A stretch of DNA of 55,033 nucleotides, taken from NCBI GenBank assembly GCA_049292975.1, contig JBATRZ010000062.1, positions 1 through 55,033 of the forward strand, read 5' to 3'. A program made the position numbers and the translations under genes. Below the pieces are notes generated by a model. That model was not told where the DNA came from. It saw nothing but the letters and a program-made list of their open reading frames with translations, and did no database searches. The stretch comes from Candidatus Saccharimonadales bacterium. GTDB lineage: Bacteria; Patescibacteriota; Saccharimonadia; Saccharimonadales; JACDBH01. Below are positions 14,365-23,442 of the stretch, piece after piece (within the stretch, counting starts at the first letter, position 1; each line of letters begins with the position of its first letter).

Positions 14365-16473
14365 CTAATCCGCTTGGTCAGTGTTGAGCAACTTAGCCCG
14401 CATCTCCTGGAACCGCTTTTGCTGCTCGGCGGCGATCTGCTCGGGTGTCTTAGCGGCTACAGTCTGGGCAGGCTGGCCGCTGCTGCCCTGCTTGGCCTCA
14501 GCCTTGCCGCCACCAACGATATTGACGACAGGTATGACTATCGGGCTGCGGTTGGTGGCTTCGAACAAATAGTGCGTGATGTGATCTTTTAGCTCAGTCT
14601 TGAAGCGGTCCAGATCAACGCGCTTGAAACGCTGGGAAACTGCCCGGCGCAGTTCGGCCCTAAAACCATTCATGAGCTCTTCGTTATCACGCATGTAGAT
14701 GAAGCCGCGGCTAATTATATCCGGGCTGGTCATCAGCTGGCCGCTTTTCCTATCAATAGTCAGGACCACGGCTACCAGGCCTTCTTCGGCCAGGACCAGG
14801 CGGTCCTTGATAACGACCGAGCTGACAATGGCACCCGTCTGGTCTACCAGCACCGAGCCGTGCGGGACCTGCCCGGCAGATTCCATGGTGTCTTCGGTAA
14901 GGGCAATGACCTCGCCGTTCTCGGCGTTGATAGCGTTCCTGCGCGGAAAGCCTTCTTCGACAGCTATCTCAATATGGCGCTGCTTGGAGCGGTACGAACC
15001 CATGATAGGCACAAAGAACTTCGGCCTTGTTACGGCAATCATTTCCTTGAATTCATCGATGCTGGCGTGACCCGATACGTGCAGCGGGCCAACTCCATCA
15101 AGATCGTGCGTCTCGTGGCGGAAGACGTGTACGCCTTTGCGCATCAGGCTGTCTACCATATTACCGATAAGGGCGTCGTTGCCCGTTTCGGGAATAGGCG
15201 TGCTGGACAGGATGACAGAGTCCTGCTCTTTGAGTTTGATGTGGCGGTGTTCGCCGCTGCTCATACGCTGCAATGCGCTAGACGGCTCGCCTTGGCCGCC
15301 AGTACAGACCACGACAACTTCGTCATCCTTCATGTTTGGTACTGAGGCGATCGGCACGAAGGTGCCCTTTGGAATCTTCATGAAGCCGTTGCGCACTGCC
15401 ATTTCCAGCGTGCTAACCATGCTGCGGCCGTCGAGCGCAATCTTCTTGTTGTGGTGCACGGCAGCGTTCACGATCATCTGGATGCGGTTTACGTTGGTGC
15501 TAAAGATAGCTACAAAGATGCGGCCGGGTGCCCTATCCATAATGTCTACGAAAGACTGCTCAATGGTAGATTCGCTTGGCGTGCGGCCGGGGCGCTCGGT
15601 GGTAGTGCTCTCTGAGCACAGTACCAAAACACCGCTCTGGCCGATTTCTATCAAACGTTCCATATCGGTGCGTTCGTGGTCGAGGGGCTCTGGGTCAAAG
15701 CGGAAGTCGCCGGTGTTTATCAGGCGGCCAACCGGCGTATCCAGTACCACGATGGTAGAGCCCGGGATAGAGTGCGTCACGCGCACCAGTTCCACAAAGA
15801 ATTCGCCGATCTTAAGCTTCTCGTGGGTATTTTCGTTCATGATGACGGTTTGCAGCTCAAAGCCCTCGGGCAGCGGCAGGCCGAAATTTTCAAATATTTC
15901 CTGCACGCGGCCAATGGTAAAGCGGCTGCCGTAAACCGGCGCCGGGAACATCGGGACGATGTGCGGCAGACCGCCGATGTGATCGAGGTGGCCGTGGGTA
16001 ATGATATAGGCCCGCAGCTTGTGCTTGATGCTCTCCAGGTAGGTCGTGTCACAAATGGCGTAATTAATGCCCGGCAGGTCTACGCCCAGGTCGGTGCCGG
16101 CATCTATAACAACAGCGTCGTTCTGGTACTCGACCAGCATCATGTTCTTAGAACCGCCGCCGTCCATGCCGCCAAGGCCGATTATCTTCAGGCGCGGGCG
16201 GTCATCTATGACGTTCGCCCTGCCCTTTGCTTCTGGTGATTTAGGTGTCGCCAGAACCGCGTTGATGGCGCGGGTAGCGTCTTCATTAACGCGCTTCTGG
16301 GCACGGATAGCCGCGCCGCGGCTGGACTTTTTGAGGCCATTGCCGTTCTGTTGCTGGGGGGCGTTACTGCCTCTCTGCTGGCCTTGGCCGCGCTGACGTT
16401 GGTCCGGCGCTTGCCGGCCAGGTCTTACGTTTCTTGGTTTACCCTGTGATTTGTCGTAGGGTTTTTTATCCAT
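14365..16473 (-). CDS. rnj: Ribonuclease J with low-complexity N- and C-terminal extensions
   Basis: Metallo-beta-lactamase motif ITHGHLDHIGG, a beta-CASP region, and about 90 aa of Gln/Gly/Arg-rich N-terminal extension. Confidence 0.9.
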   Translation of the reverse strand: MDKKPYDKSQGKPRNVRPGRQAPDQRQRGQGQQRGSNAPQQQNGNGLKKSSRGAAIRAQKRVNEDATRAINAVLATPKSPEAKGRANVIDDRPRLKIIGLGGMDGGGSKNMMLVEYQNDAVVIDAGTDLGVDLPGINYAICDTTYLESIKHKLRAYIITHGHLDHIGGLPHIVPMFPAPVYGSRFTIGRVQEIFENFGLPLPEGFELQTVIMNENTHEKLKIGEFFVELVRVTHSIPGSTIVVLDTPVGRLINTGDFRFDPEPLDHERTDMERLIEIGQSGVLVLCSESTTTERPGRTPSESTIEQSFVDIMDRAPGRIFVAIFSTNVNRIQMIVNAAVHHNKKIALDGRSMVSTLEMAVRNGFMKIPKGTFVPIASVPNMKDDEVVVVCTGGQGEPSSALQRMSSGEHRHIKLKEQDSVILSSTPIPETGNDALIGNMVDSLMRKGVHVFRHETHDLDGVGPLHVSGHASIDEFKEMIAVTRPKFFVPIMGSYRSKQRHIEIAVEEGFPRRNAINAENGEVIALTEDTMESAGQVPHGSVLVDQTGAIVSSVVIKDRLVLAEEGLVAVVLTIDRKSGQLMTSPDIISRGFIYMRDNEELMNGFRAELRRAVSQRFKRVDLDRFKTELKDHITHYLFEATNRSPIVIPVVNIVGGGKAEAKQGSSGQPAQTVAAKTPEQIAAEQQKRFQEMRAKLLNTDQAD

Positions 16474-16491
16474 TATTTATCCTTAAATTTA

Positions 16492-17088
16492 TTATTTAAT
16501 TTTCTGTAATATGGCGGGGATGCGCGCGAAGTCATCTATTAGTGTCTGGCGCATGCCGCCGTTGTATAACGCTGCTGCGGGATGGAAAAGTGGTAAATAC
16601 ACTTGCCCTTTGTAGCGTTTGGGTTCGCCGTGAACCTGGTTGATTGAAGCCCCAGGCAAAAAGCAATTCATACTGTGACGTCCTAGTGTCACGACAATCT
16701 TAGGTTGAATTACCTCTAACTGTGCCTCCAAGTATGGCAGGAAAGCGGCTTTTTCGTCCGGGCTGGGGTCGCGGTTGTTAGGTGGCCGGTACTTGACGAT
16801 GTTGGTGATGTAAATGTCCTGGCGTTCCAGCCCAATGGTTGCGAGCATTTCGTTCAGGAACTTGCCTGCCGCACCCACAAACGGAATGCCCTGTTCGTCC
16901 TCGTTCTTGCCTGGTGCTTCACCGATGAACACAATGTCTGCATCAGGATTACCATCCCCAAACACGAGACGATTGGCCGTACGAGCCAAATCCGGGCAGA
17001 CATTCTGACGCAAAATCTCTTCTTTGATTTCATCAAGAAGCTTTTGCTTGGAATCTGGAATCTGGAATTTAGAATCTGGGTCAGCCAC
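16492..17088 (-). CDS. Uracil-DNA glycosylase, family 4
   Basis: VFGDGNPDADIVFIGEAPGKNEDEQGIPFVGAAGKFLNEML plus a C-terminal HPAAAL. GTG start at 17088 preceded by an AAGAGGGG Shine-Dalgarno sequence. Confidence 0.85.
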   Translation of the reverse strand: MADPDSKFQIPDSKQKLLDEIKEEILRQNVCPDLARTANRLVFGDGNPDADIVFIGEAPGKNEDEQGIPFVGAAGKFLNEMLATIGLERQDIYITNIVKYRPPNNRDPSPDEKAAFLPYLEAQLEVIQPKIVVTLGRHSMNCFLPGASINQVHGEPKRYKGQVYLPLFHPAAALYNGGMRQTLIDDFARIPAILQKIK

Positions 17089-17136
17089 CGTGCACCCCTC
17101 TTATTCCAAATTCCAGCTTCAAACTTCCAGCTTCTG
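17050..17136. repeat. Heptamer-word imperfect palindrome spanning the UDG start codon
   Basis: The left arm is GGAATCT GGAATCT GGAATTT AGAATCT GGG (17050-17080). The right arm is TTCCAAA TTCCAGC TTCAAAC TTCCAGC TTCTG (17104-17136). Confidence 0.8.
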
Positions 17137-17205
17137 CTTTCATGTCTGCCCTAATCTGGTCGAGCTTAGCTTGTTTGTCTTTTGCACTCACGTGCAGATT
17201 ACCTC

Positions 17206-19338
17206 TTATTTCTTGTCACGGGCTGCTTGTTTTATTGACAGGTTCAGCCGGCCGCGGTCATCTATGGCTACCAGCTTGACGGTGACCAGCTGGCCTTCCT
17301 TCAAGACATCGCTTGGCTTATTAACACGCTCTTCTGAAATCTCAGACACATGCACCAGGCCGTCCTTGCCCGGCAGAATCTGCACGAAGGCACCGAAATC
17401 TAATAGGCTTACAACCGGACGGTCATGATAAACACGGCCGATTTCCGGCTCTTCTACGATGGTCTGAATCCACTGGATAGCAGCGTCAATCTTGGCTTTG
17501 TCGGGGCTGGCAATCATTACCGTGCCGTCATCTTTGATGTCAATCTCGGTGCCGGTTTCGGCGGTAATCTTCTGGATGGTTTCGCCGCCCTTGCCGATGA
17601 CTTCACGGATCTTATCAGGATTGATGGTAATTGATTCGACACGCGGCGCGTACGGGCTCATCTCGTCCCTGGATGCGGGAATAGTCTCCAGCATGTGCTT
17701 AAGGATATGAGCGCGGCCGTCACGGCCCTGCTCCAGGGCTTTAGCAAGGATTTCTACCGGCAGGCCGTGAACCTTCATGTCCATCTGCAGCGCAGTAATG
17801 CCTTCGCTCGTTCCGGTAACCTTAAAGTCCATGTCGCCCGCAAAGTCCTCGGCATCGGCAATGTCACTGAGTACATATGGCTTATTGCCGTCCATCATAA
17901 GGCCCATGGCGATACCGGATACCGGGCGCTTCAGCGGCACGCCGGCGTCCATAAGGGCCAAAGTGCTCGAGCACGTAGCAGCCATGCTGGTGCTGCCGTT
18001 CTGGCTCATGATTTCAGTCACCGACCGGATAGTGTACGGGAACTCGGCTTCAGTAGGCAAAACAGCGGTCAAAGCGCGCTCGGCCAGGTAACCGTGGCCA
18101 ATCTCACGCCTGCCGGGTGAGCCCAGGCGGCGGACTTCACCAACAGTGTAGCCAGGGGCGTTGTAGTGGTGCAGGTAGCGGCGCTCGCCTTCTTTTTCCA
18201 TGGTGTCTACCAGCTGGACATAGCTAAGCGGCGCCAAGGTAACAATGTTAAGGGCCTGGGTCATGCCGCGGGTAAAGATGCTGGAGCCGTGGGTGCGCGG
18301 CAGCACGCCGACTTCGCTACTTAGCGTGCGGATTTCGGTGGTTTTGCGGCCATCGGGACGGATTGATTCACGCACAATACCGTCACGTACGTCTTTGTGC
18401 AGGGCCGCGGTGAAGGCCTCGTCATACTCGTTCTTAAGATTTGCGTAGGCCTCTTCACCGATTTCTTCTACAAAGTGGTCATGCATGGCGCTGCGGAGCT
18501 CTGACACCAGCTGGTTGCGCTCAGGATAGGCAGCGCGCAACCCCATGCCCATCTTGCCGGCTGTCCACGCGTCTACGCGGGATTGGATATCGGCATCCGG
18601 ACGAACCAGCTCGTAGTCCATCTGCATAACACCGACTTTCTTCACAAGTTCTTTCTGCAGTTTAATGGCTGGCTGGAAGGCTTTGAAGGCAAAATCCATG
18701 GCCTTTACCACTTCTTCTTCTGATAATTCTGAGGCGCCAGCTTCGACCATCATGATGCCGTCCCCGGTACCGGCCACGACCAGATCAAGCTTGCCTGTTT
18801 CTAAAGCCGCCAGGGGCATAAAGGCCTCAAAACCGCCCTTGTCGTTTATGCCGACCCGCAGGCCAGCTACAGGGCCGTCAAACGGCGCACCGGTGAGCAT
18901 AAAGGCGGCAGACATGGCAATCATGGCTATCATATCGGGGCGGAAGCCTGGGTCCATGCTAAGGACTGAGGCGACACCTTGGACTTCATTGCGGTAACCC
19001 TTGGGCCACAGCGGGCGGATGGGGCGGTCAATCAGGCGGCCGATAAGAATGGCATCGTCGCTCGGGCGGCCTTCGCGCTTAATGAAGCGGCTGCCGGATA
19101 TCTTGCCGGCGGCGTACATCTTTTCTTCGTAATCAATTGATAACGGGAAGTAATCCATTCCCTTGACGCTGCCGTCAGATACCATGGCGGTACCTAGCAC
19201 GACAGTGTCGCCATATGTCGCCAGCACCGAGGCCGAGGTTCTGAAGCCGACGCGGTTTACTTCTAACTTCAGGGTGCGGCCGCACAGCTCGGTCTCGACA
19301 CTGATAATGTCTTTGTTAAGCGGGTTGATAGTACTCAT
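17206..19338 (-). CDS. pnp: Polyribonucleotide nucleotidyltransferase (PNPase)
   Basis: Two RNase PH domains, a KH domain (IREVIGKGGETIQKI) and an S1 domain (GRVYHDRPVVSLLDFGAFVQILPGKDGLVHVSE). The first ATG at 19338 is used because the track start is TTG. Confidence 0.95.
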   Translation of the reverse strand: MSTINPLNKDIISVETELCGRTLKLEVNRVGFRTSASVLATYGDTVVLGTAMVSDGSVKGMDYFPLSIDYEEKMYAAGKISGSRFIKREGRPSDDAILIGRLIDRPIRPLWPKGYRNEVQGVASVLSMDPGFRPDMIAMIAMSAAFMLTGAPFDGPVAGLRVGINDKGGFEAFMPLAALETGKLDLVVAGTGDGIMMVEAGASELSEEEVVKAMDFAFKAFQPAIKLQKELVKKVGVMQMDYELVRPDADIQSRVDAWTAGKMGMGLRAAYPERNQLVSELRSAMHDHFVEEIGEEAYANLKNEYDEAFTAALHKDVRDGIVRESIRPDGRKTTEIRTLSSEVGVLPRTHGSSIFTRGMTQALNIVTLAPLSYVQLVDTMEKEGERRYLHHYNAPGYTVGEVRRLGSPGRREIGHGYLAERALTAVLPTEAEFPYTIRSVTEIMSQNGSTSMAATCSSTLALMDAGVPLKRPVSGIAMGLMMDGNKPYVLSDIADAEDFAGDMDFKVTGTSEGITALQMDMKVHGLPVEILAKALEQGRDGRAHILKHMLETIPASRDEMSPYAPRVESITINPDKIREVIGKGGETIQKITAETGTEIDIKDDGTVMIASPDKAKIDAAIQWIQTIVEEPEIGRVYHDRPVVSLLDFGAFVQILPGKDGLVHVSEISEERVNKPSDVLKEGQLVTVKLVAIDDRGRLNLSIKQAARDKK

Positions 19339-19501
19339 CAGCAATCCTATTCCTTCGGGCTTATGCGGCAAGGTTCAGATATACGCTCCGGAAATGCGCG
19401 GGATATACGTATAGCTGTGCTCTGCCGACAAACCCTATATAAGCGTTATGTTTGTGCATTTCAGCGGGCGCACTATGCAGTGCGACCTAGAAGTGTGCAA
19501 A

Positions 19502-19768
19502 CTACTTGCGCAGGCCAAGTTTCTTGACGGTGTCCAGATATAATTGGCTGTCTTTTTCAGAGATGTACCGCAGCAGTTTCTTGCGGGTACCAACCATCTG
19601 GAGCAAACCCCGTCTAGCTGCATGGTCTTTTTTATTGACCTTGAGATGCTCGGTCAGCTCGGTGATACGCGCAGTCAGGATACCGACCTGAACTACCGGA
19701 CTACCGGTGTCGTTCTTGGCCGTTTGCATGCTTGCAATCACCTTCTGTTTGTTCTCACTACTAATCAT
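19502..19768 (-). CDS. rpsO: 30S ribosomal protein S15
   Basis: ...TGSPVVQVGILTARITELTEHLKVNKKDHAARRGLLQMVGTRKKLLRY is the uS15 signature. Sits upstream of pnp, the classic rpsO-pnp arrangement. Confidence 0.95.
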   Translation of the reverse strand: MISSENKQKVIASMQTAKNDTGSPVVQVGILTARITELTEHLKVNKKDHAARRGLLQMVGTRKKLLRYISEKDSQLYLDTVKKLGLRK

Positions 19769-19798
19769 GTAGCCCTTATTTTATCAGATGACAACCCT

Positions 19799-20125
19799 TT
19801 ACGCAAGGGGTGGGAAGCCGTCCTTGTCATTTACCTTGCCGGGGGTGCCGGGAATTATTACTACCGCTCCAAGCTTTTCGAGCCAACTGCTGGCTGCCTT
19901 GGGCTCCATACCGCCCTCGCCCAGATGCGGCCCGTTACCGTCCCGGTGTACGGCACGATAAATACCGCCATTAGAAGGATGCCGTCTTTTGGCCCTTTCC
20001 AATTCGCCGCTTTCGGCAGCACGGTGCAGCCCGTCATGTATCTGGTCTATAGATTCCGGGTCAAAATCTTCACCGGGGTCTCTGTCTTCCCCGCCGGCTG
20101 GATAAAACGGTATGATATCGGCCAT
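19799..20125 (-). CDS. Hypothetical protein (108 aa)
   Basis: ATG-started ORF between truB and rpsO. No motif recognised. Confidence 0.4.
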   Translation of the reverse strand: MADIIPFYPAGGEDRDPGEDFDPESIDQIHDGLHRAAESGELERAKRRHPSNGGIYRAVHRDGNGPHLGEGGMEPKAASSWLEKLGAVVIIPGTPGKVNDKDGFPPLA

Positions 20126-20151
20126 GTACTTATGATTATATAAAAGCCCGT

Positions 20152-20889
20152 TTAAATCTGTCGAATATCTTGCAGACTGAAATCTGCAACATCTATAGCA
20201 TCGGCCAGCTTGTAGTTGCCAACCTCAGTACGCTTCAGGCTGCTCATGTAAGCTCCCGTACCAAGCTTTTCGCCGGTGTCACGGGCCAGGCTGCGAATAT
20301 AAGTGCCCGAGCTTACCCTGGCCGTAAAACGGACCGCCGGATAAGAATATTTGATATCTGATATCTGATAGACAGTCACGGGACGGGGCTCAATAATGAC
20401 TGCTTTGCCCTCGCGTACCAGTTTGTACGCCCGCTTGCCGTCTACTTTGATAGCGCTGAAGGCCGGCGGCTGCTGCAGAGTAACGCCCACAAATGTATTC
20501 AGCACCTCCCGCACCTCGCCCTCACTAGGCATTTTTGCGCTGGTTTTGGTCTTTTCGCCCTCGCCGTCATCTGTTACAGAGGTCGTGCCTAAAATTAGTT
20601 CAGTCTCATATACCTTATCCAGCTTGCTAAACTCCTGCGCACGTTTGCAGTACGTGCCGGTCACGATAATTAGCAGGCCCGTAGCCAGCGGGTCCAGGGT
20701 ACCCGTATGCCCCACTTTTACTTTCGGTGAAGAATTCTGAATTGAGATTTGAGGATTGAGGGGATTGTTTCCTCCCCTGTTTTCTCGTTTCTCGTTTCGT
20801 AATTCTGTCCGCAGGACATTACGGACCTTGGCTACGACATCAAAAGACGTCCAGCCCGCCGGCTTATTAATCAGAACAATTCCATCCAT
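20152..20889 (-). CDS. truB: tRNA pseudouridine(55) synthase TruB with in-frame low-complexity insertion
   Basis: MDGIVLINKPAGWTSFDVV...GHTGTLDPLATG...SSGTYIRSL. Start set at the ATG at 20889, because the upstream extension in the track has no homology. Confidence 0.9.
   Translation of the reverse strand: MDGIVLINKPAGWTSFDVVAKVRNVLRTELRNEKRENRGGNNPLNPQISIQNSSPKVKVGHTGTLDPLATGLLIIVTGTYCKRAQEFSKLDKVYETELILGTTSVTDDGEGEKTKTSAKMPSEGEVREVLNTFVGVTLQQPPAFSAIKVDGKRAYKLVREGKAVIIEPRPVTVYQISDIKYSYPAVRFTARVSSGTYIRSLARDTGEKLGTGAYMSSLKRTEVGNYKLADAIDVADFSLQDIRQI
20732..20805. repeat. Heptamer-word imperfect palindrome, in frame in truB
   Basis: GAATTCT GAATTGA GATTTGA GGATTGA GGGGA-TTGTTTCC-TCCCC TGTTTTC TCGTTTC TCGTTTC GTAATTC. 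Confidence 0.8.
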
Positions 20890-21093
20890 CTTAGATTCAA
20901 GTATAGCGTAGTCCTTGGGGACGACAGTAAAGCTCGCATTTGGATGCAGGGTGGATTTTCTTGCTGCGAAGCGCAAAGGAGCCGTATTTAAATACGGTGA
21001 CTGACATGGTCTCTTTTTCCTAGCAAGCAAGCTAAGCTTGTTGCTTGAAAAAGCCACGATCTCGCATCGTAAAGCAAAAATCTGCGCTGCGCC

Positions 21094-21139
21094 AAAAGCT
21101 TCAGCAGGTTGTCAGCTCCGCTGACGAGCAGGCTGAAGC
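21094..21139 (-). terminator. Rho-independent terminator after the DHH-like gene
   Basis: On the minus strand, GCTTCAGC...GTCAGC-GGA-GCTGAC...GCTGAAGC is followed by TTTTGG, 10 nt after the stop codon. Confidence 0.6.
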
Positions 21140-21149
21140 GATGCGTGCT

Positions 21150-23114
21150 TTACTGTTGGGGGAACATCGGCGGAGGGATAGGCGGTGGTGGCGGCAACGT
21201 ATTATCATGCTGCTGCGCAGGTGCCGGAGCCGATGGATCAACACCGTTCAAGACAGGTTGCGGCGGCATGGACGGCATGCCAAGCGGCTGGGCGCCCAAA
21301 TCTACCCGCGGCTGCGGGCGGTCCGGATTATAATCTGCCCTACTAATTGCCTCATCTACGGCGTTGCGCGCGGTGTCTACCCCTGCTGCAGGTGCAGGCT
21401 CGCCGTCCATGCCCAAGTGCGGACTGTGGACCGTCTTCTCGATATCCAGCAGGGTCGTTTCGTCAGGGATATCTGGCACTTCGGGCCCGGCTGGAGCTTC
21501 GGGAGCCGGCGGTTGTGCCGGTTGCGGTGCAGCCTCAGGATTGGAAGCCGGCTGTGCACCCGGCGGCATAGGCTGATCGTACGGCGGACCGGCATTTGGC
21601 AAGGTAGGCAGGTCCAGTTCGGGAACCTCCCCGGTTGATTCAGGGAACGGCTGGCCGGGATCGGTCGCCTTGACATCGCTGATCTCAGCGTGAATTTCTG
21701 GACGGGTGAGCAAGCTGCTCAGATTGGCCAGCTCGGCATCCAGGCTAGCGTCGTCCGGCCCCGGTGCGGCCTGCAGCGGGCTAACAACCTTGTGATGCGG
21801 CTGCAGCGGCTTTTCCCTGCGGACCATATTGCCATGCTCGTCAATATGTATAGAACTATCCTTGTCCTCGTGAACGGGCGCGTGCTCTATCGGCGCGAAT
21901 ATGTCTACCGGATTATCAGGCGCTATCAAACCATCCGGCGGCTGGGAGCCAGGCAATAACGGATCATACGATTCTTCCCCTTCAGAAGGCAGCAGCGGAG
22001 AAACAAATGCTTCTTCGTTGCCCTCAATATTATCCATGACCTCAAGCGACGGGTCTTGATGCTGAGGCTCGCTTGGCGGCAGGTACTGGCGCTCCTGCTG
22101 CGGTTTTTCATCCGGCACTTCTGGTAATTCGGCTGTCGGCTGGGCGGCGGCTTCCTGGGGCTGCTGCCGCTCTGTCTGTAACCTCACTTCTTCCTGCTGG
22201 TTGTCATCGTGGTTGATGGTCAGCGAACCATCGTCACTTACGGCGGCGGCCGGCAAAGGCTGCGGCTCGTCATGCGGTACTTCTACCGGCTGATCGGCCT
22301 GCAGCACCTCATCTTTTTGCAGCTCGTTGGCAATCAATTGCTGGTTGGCACCGGCGGCCATCAGCTGCGCGGCCATGGTCATAATCTTCGGGCTGGTCTT
22401 GGCGTTCTTGAAGCGCTCGGTCTCGGCTACGATACCGGTCAAGAAGGCGGTGGCTATCTGTTCATCAATCAGGCCGCCCTGGAATGCCTCAGAGATACTT
22501 ACCAGCATTTCGCTCAAAGAACTGGCAGCGGGCTCCTGCCAATTAAGCGCACCCAGCTCGGACTGGTTCTGCCCGGCCGTGATAGTCACTACGGTAGCAT
22601 CGTGCAGGATACGGCCATGGGCGGTAATAGCCTGGTCCAGCTCATCGCGGACGGTGACACCCAGGGCCATGACTACATCTACGTTAAAATCGCCTTGGGT
22701 AAACTCAAGATCTTGCTCTGATATAGAGGTGCGGTACGGGGTGATAAAGATCTTCACCACGTTTTCTTCCACCTTGTAGCGCAGCTTGTCGGCCTTGCTC
22801 TTATCTAAAGAGACAATGAAGTCGCGTAAAGAATCGGTATTCTGCTCGATGGTGTCCTCGGGCTTTAGGAACTCAAGCGTAGAGGGCACCTTGCCGCTGA
22901 AGACGGCGGTGGCATGCTTGCCCAACTTGTTTAGCATCAGTGTCAGGCCGATGGCGGCCGCCAGCTCGTCTACCGAAGGGTTGGAGCGGACCGTCACCAG
23001 CACATTGGTCGCCTGCTGCACACGGGCAACTACCGACTGCTTCGGTGTCGATTGCCGCTGGTCCTGATCCAGGGATTGATCTTTAAACTGATCTTGTGGC
23101 TGGCTTGGATCCAT
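21150..23114 (-). CDS. DHH/NrnA-like protein with degenerate catalytic motifs and a roughly 380-aa Pro/Gln/Glu-rich tail
   Basis: The N-terminal 270 aa align by eye to the NrnA layout (LVTVRSNPSVDELAAAIGL..., ...TGIVAETERFKN), but the DHH position reads VVMALGV. The rest is low-complexity and proline-rich. Confidence 0.5.
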   Translation of the reverse strand: MDPSQPQDQFKDQSLDQDQRQSTPKQSVVARVQQATNVLVTVRSNPSVDELAAAIGLTLMLNKLGKHATAVFSGKVPSTLEFLKPEDTIEQNTDSLRDFIVSLDKSKADKLRYKVEENVVKIFITPYRTSISEQDLEFTQGDFNVDVVMALGVTVRDELDQAITAHGRILHDATVVTITAGQNQSELGALNWQEPAASSLSEMLVSISEAFQGGLIDEQIATAFLTGIVAETERFKNAKTSPKIMTMAAQLMAAGANQQLIANELQKDEVLQADQPVEVPHDEPQPLPAAAVSDDGSLTINHDDNQQEEVRLQTERQQPQEAAAQPTAELPEVPDEKPQQERQYLPPSEPQHQDPSLEVMDNIEGNEEAFVSPLLPSEGEESYDPLLPGSQPPDGLIAPDNPVDIFAPIEHAPVHEDKDSSIHIDEHGNMVRREKPLQPHHKVVSPLQAAPGPDDASLDAELANLSSLLTRPEIHAEISDVKATDPGQPFPESTGEVPELDLPTLPNAGPPYDQPMPPGAQPASNPEAAPQPAQPPAPEAPAGPEVPDIPDETTLLDIEKTVHSPHLGMDGEPAPAAGVDTARNAVDEAISRADYNPDRPQPRVDLGAQPLGMPSMPPQPVLNGVDPSAPAPAQQHDNTLPPPPPIPPPMFPQQ

Positions 23115-23302
23115 CCCGTTTAGAAACCACTTTCCATTAAATATTGTTTTTCGCCTGAAATTAGAAGCTGGGGTTCAACCGTCTTTAGATATCTGTTACT
23201 TCTTTGGTTTCTAACGGCATTCATTTTTGTTTGTTTATTTTAGTAGTACTTAAGTAGCACATTACCATAAACAATTTGAAAAGTCCAAGGACTTTTTGTT
23301 AA

Positions 23303-23369
23303 GGGTGAAGGGAGTTGGGGTACAGGTTAAAGCAATAATACCAACCCTGCATCCCCTGCCCTGCACCCC
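23303..23369. repeat. Intergenic G-word / C-word imperfect palindrome
   Basis: GGGTGAA GGGAGTT GGGGTAC AGG ... CCCTGCA TCCCCTG CCCTGCA CCCC. Confidence 0.7.
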
Positions 23370-23375
23370 GGCTTA

Positions 23376-23404
23376 TTTACAGATTACGCTCTTCTTGCTA
23401 TAGT
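23376..23404 (+). promoter_or_regulatory. Sigma-70-type promoter of rpsT
   Basis: TTTACA, a 17-nt spacer, then TGcTATAGT (extended -10). It lies 38 nt upstream of the rpsT ATG, which has an AAGAGGA Shine-Dalgarno sequence. Confidence 0.7.
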
Positions 23405-23442
23405 AGCTCTCGAAGTCAAGGAATAACCGTAAGAGGACTAAA

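Noticed and set aside
20890-21057. N-terminal extensions in the ORF track for truB (to 21057), pnp (to 19371), polA (to 39041), orn (to 51882), the FlaR-like kinase (to 35741), the TasA-like gene (to 41599), the PRTase-like gene (to 1693), the VanY gene (from 51949) and the membrane protein (to 53318)
   Set aside because: The extensions start at TTG/GTG or lack homology. Some cross repeats or terminators, or overlap upstream genes. Internal ATG codons with a Shine-Dalgarno sequence or conserved N-termini fit better.
23279-23297. AAAAGTC-CAAG-GACTTTT terminator-like hairpin between the divergent DHH-like and rpsT genes, as evidence for an sRNA gene in 23115-23300
   Set aside because: It is a single short hairpin without an identifiable promoter or conserved structure, so it could be fortuitous. 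A 12-13-bp inverted repeat (23116-23128 with 23205-23217) was noted but not pursued.
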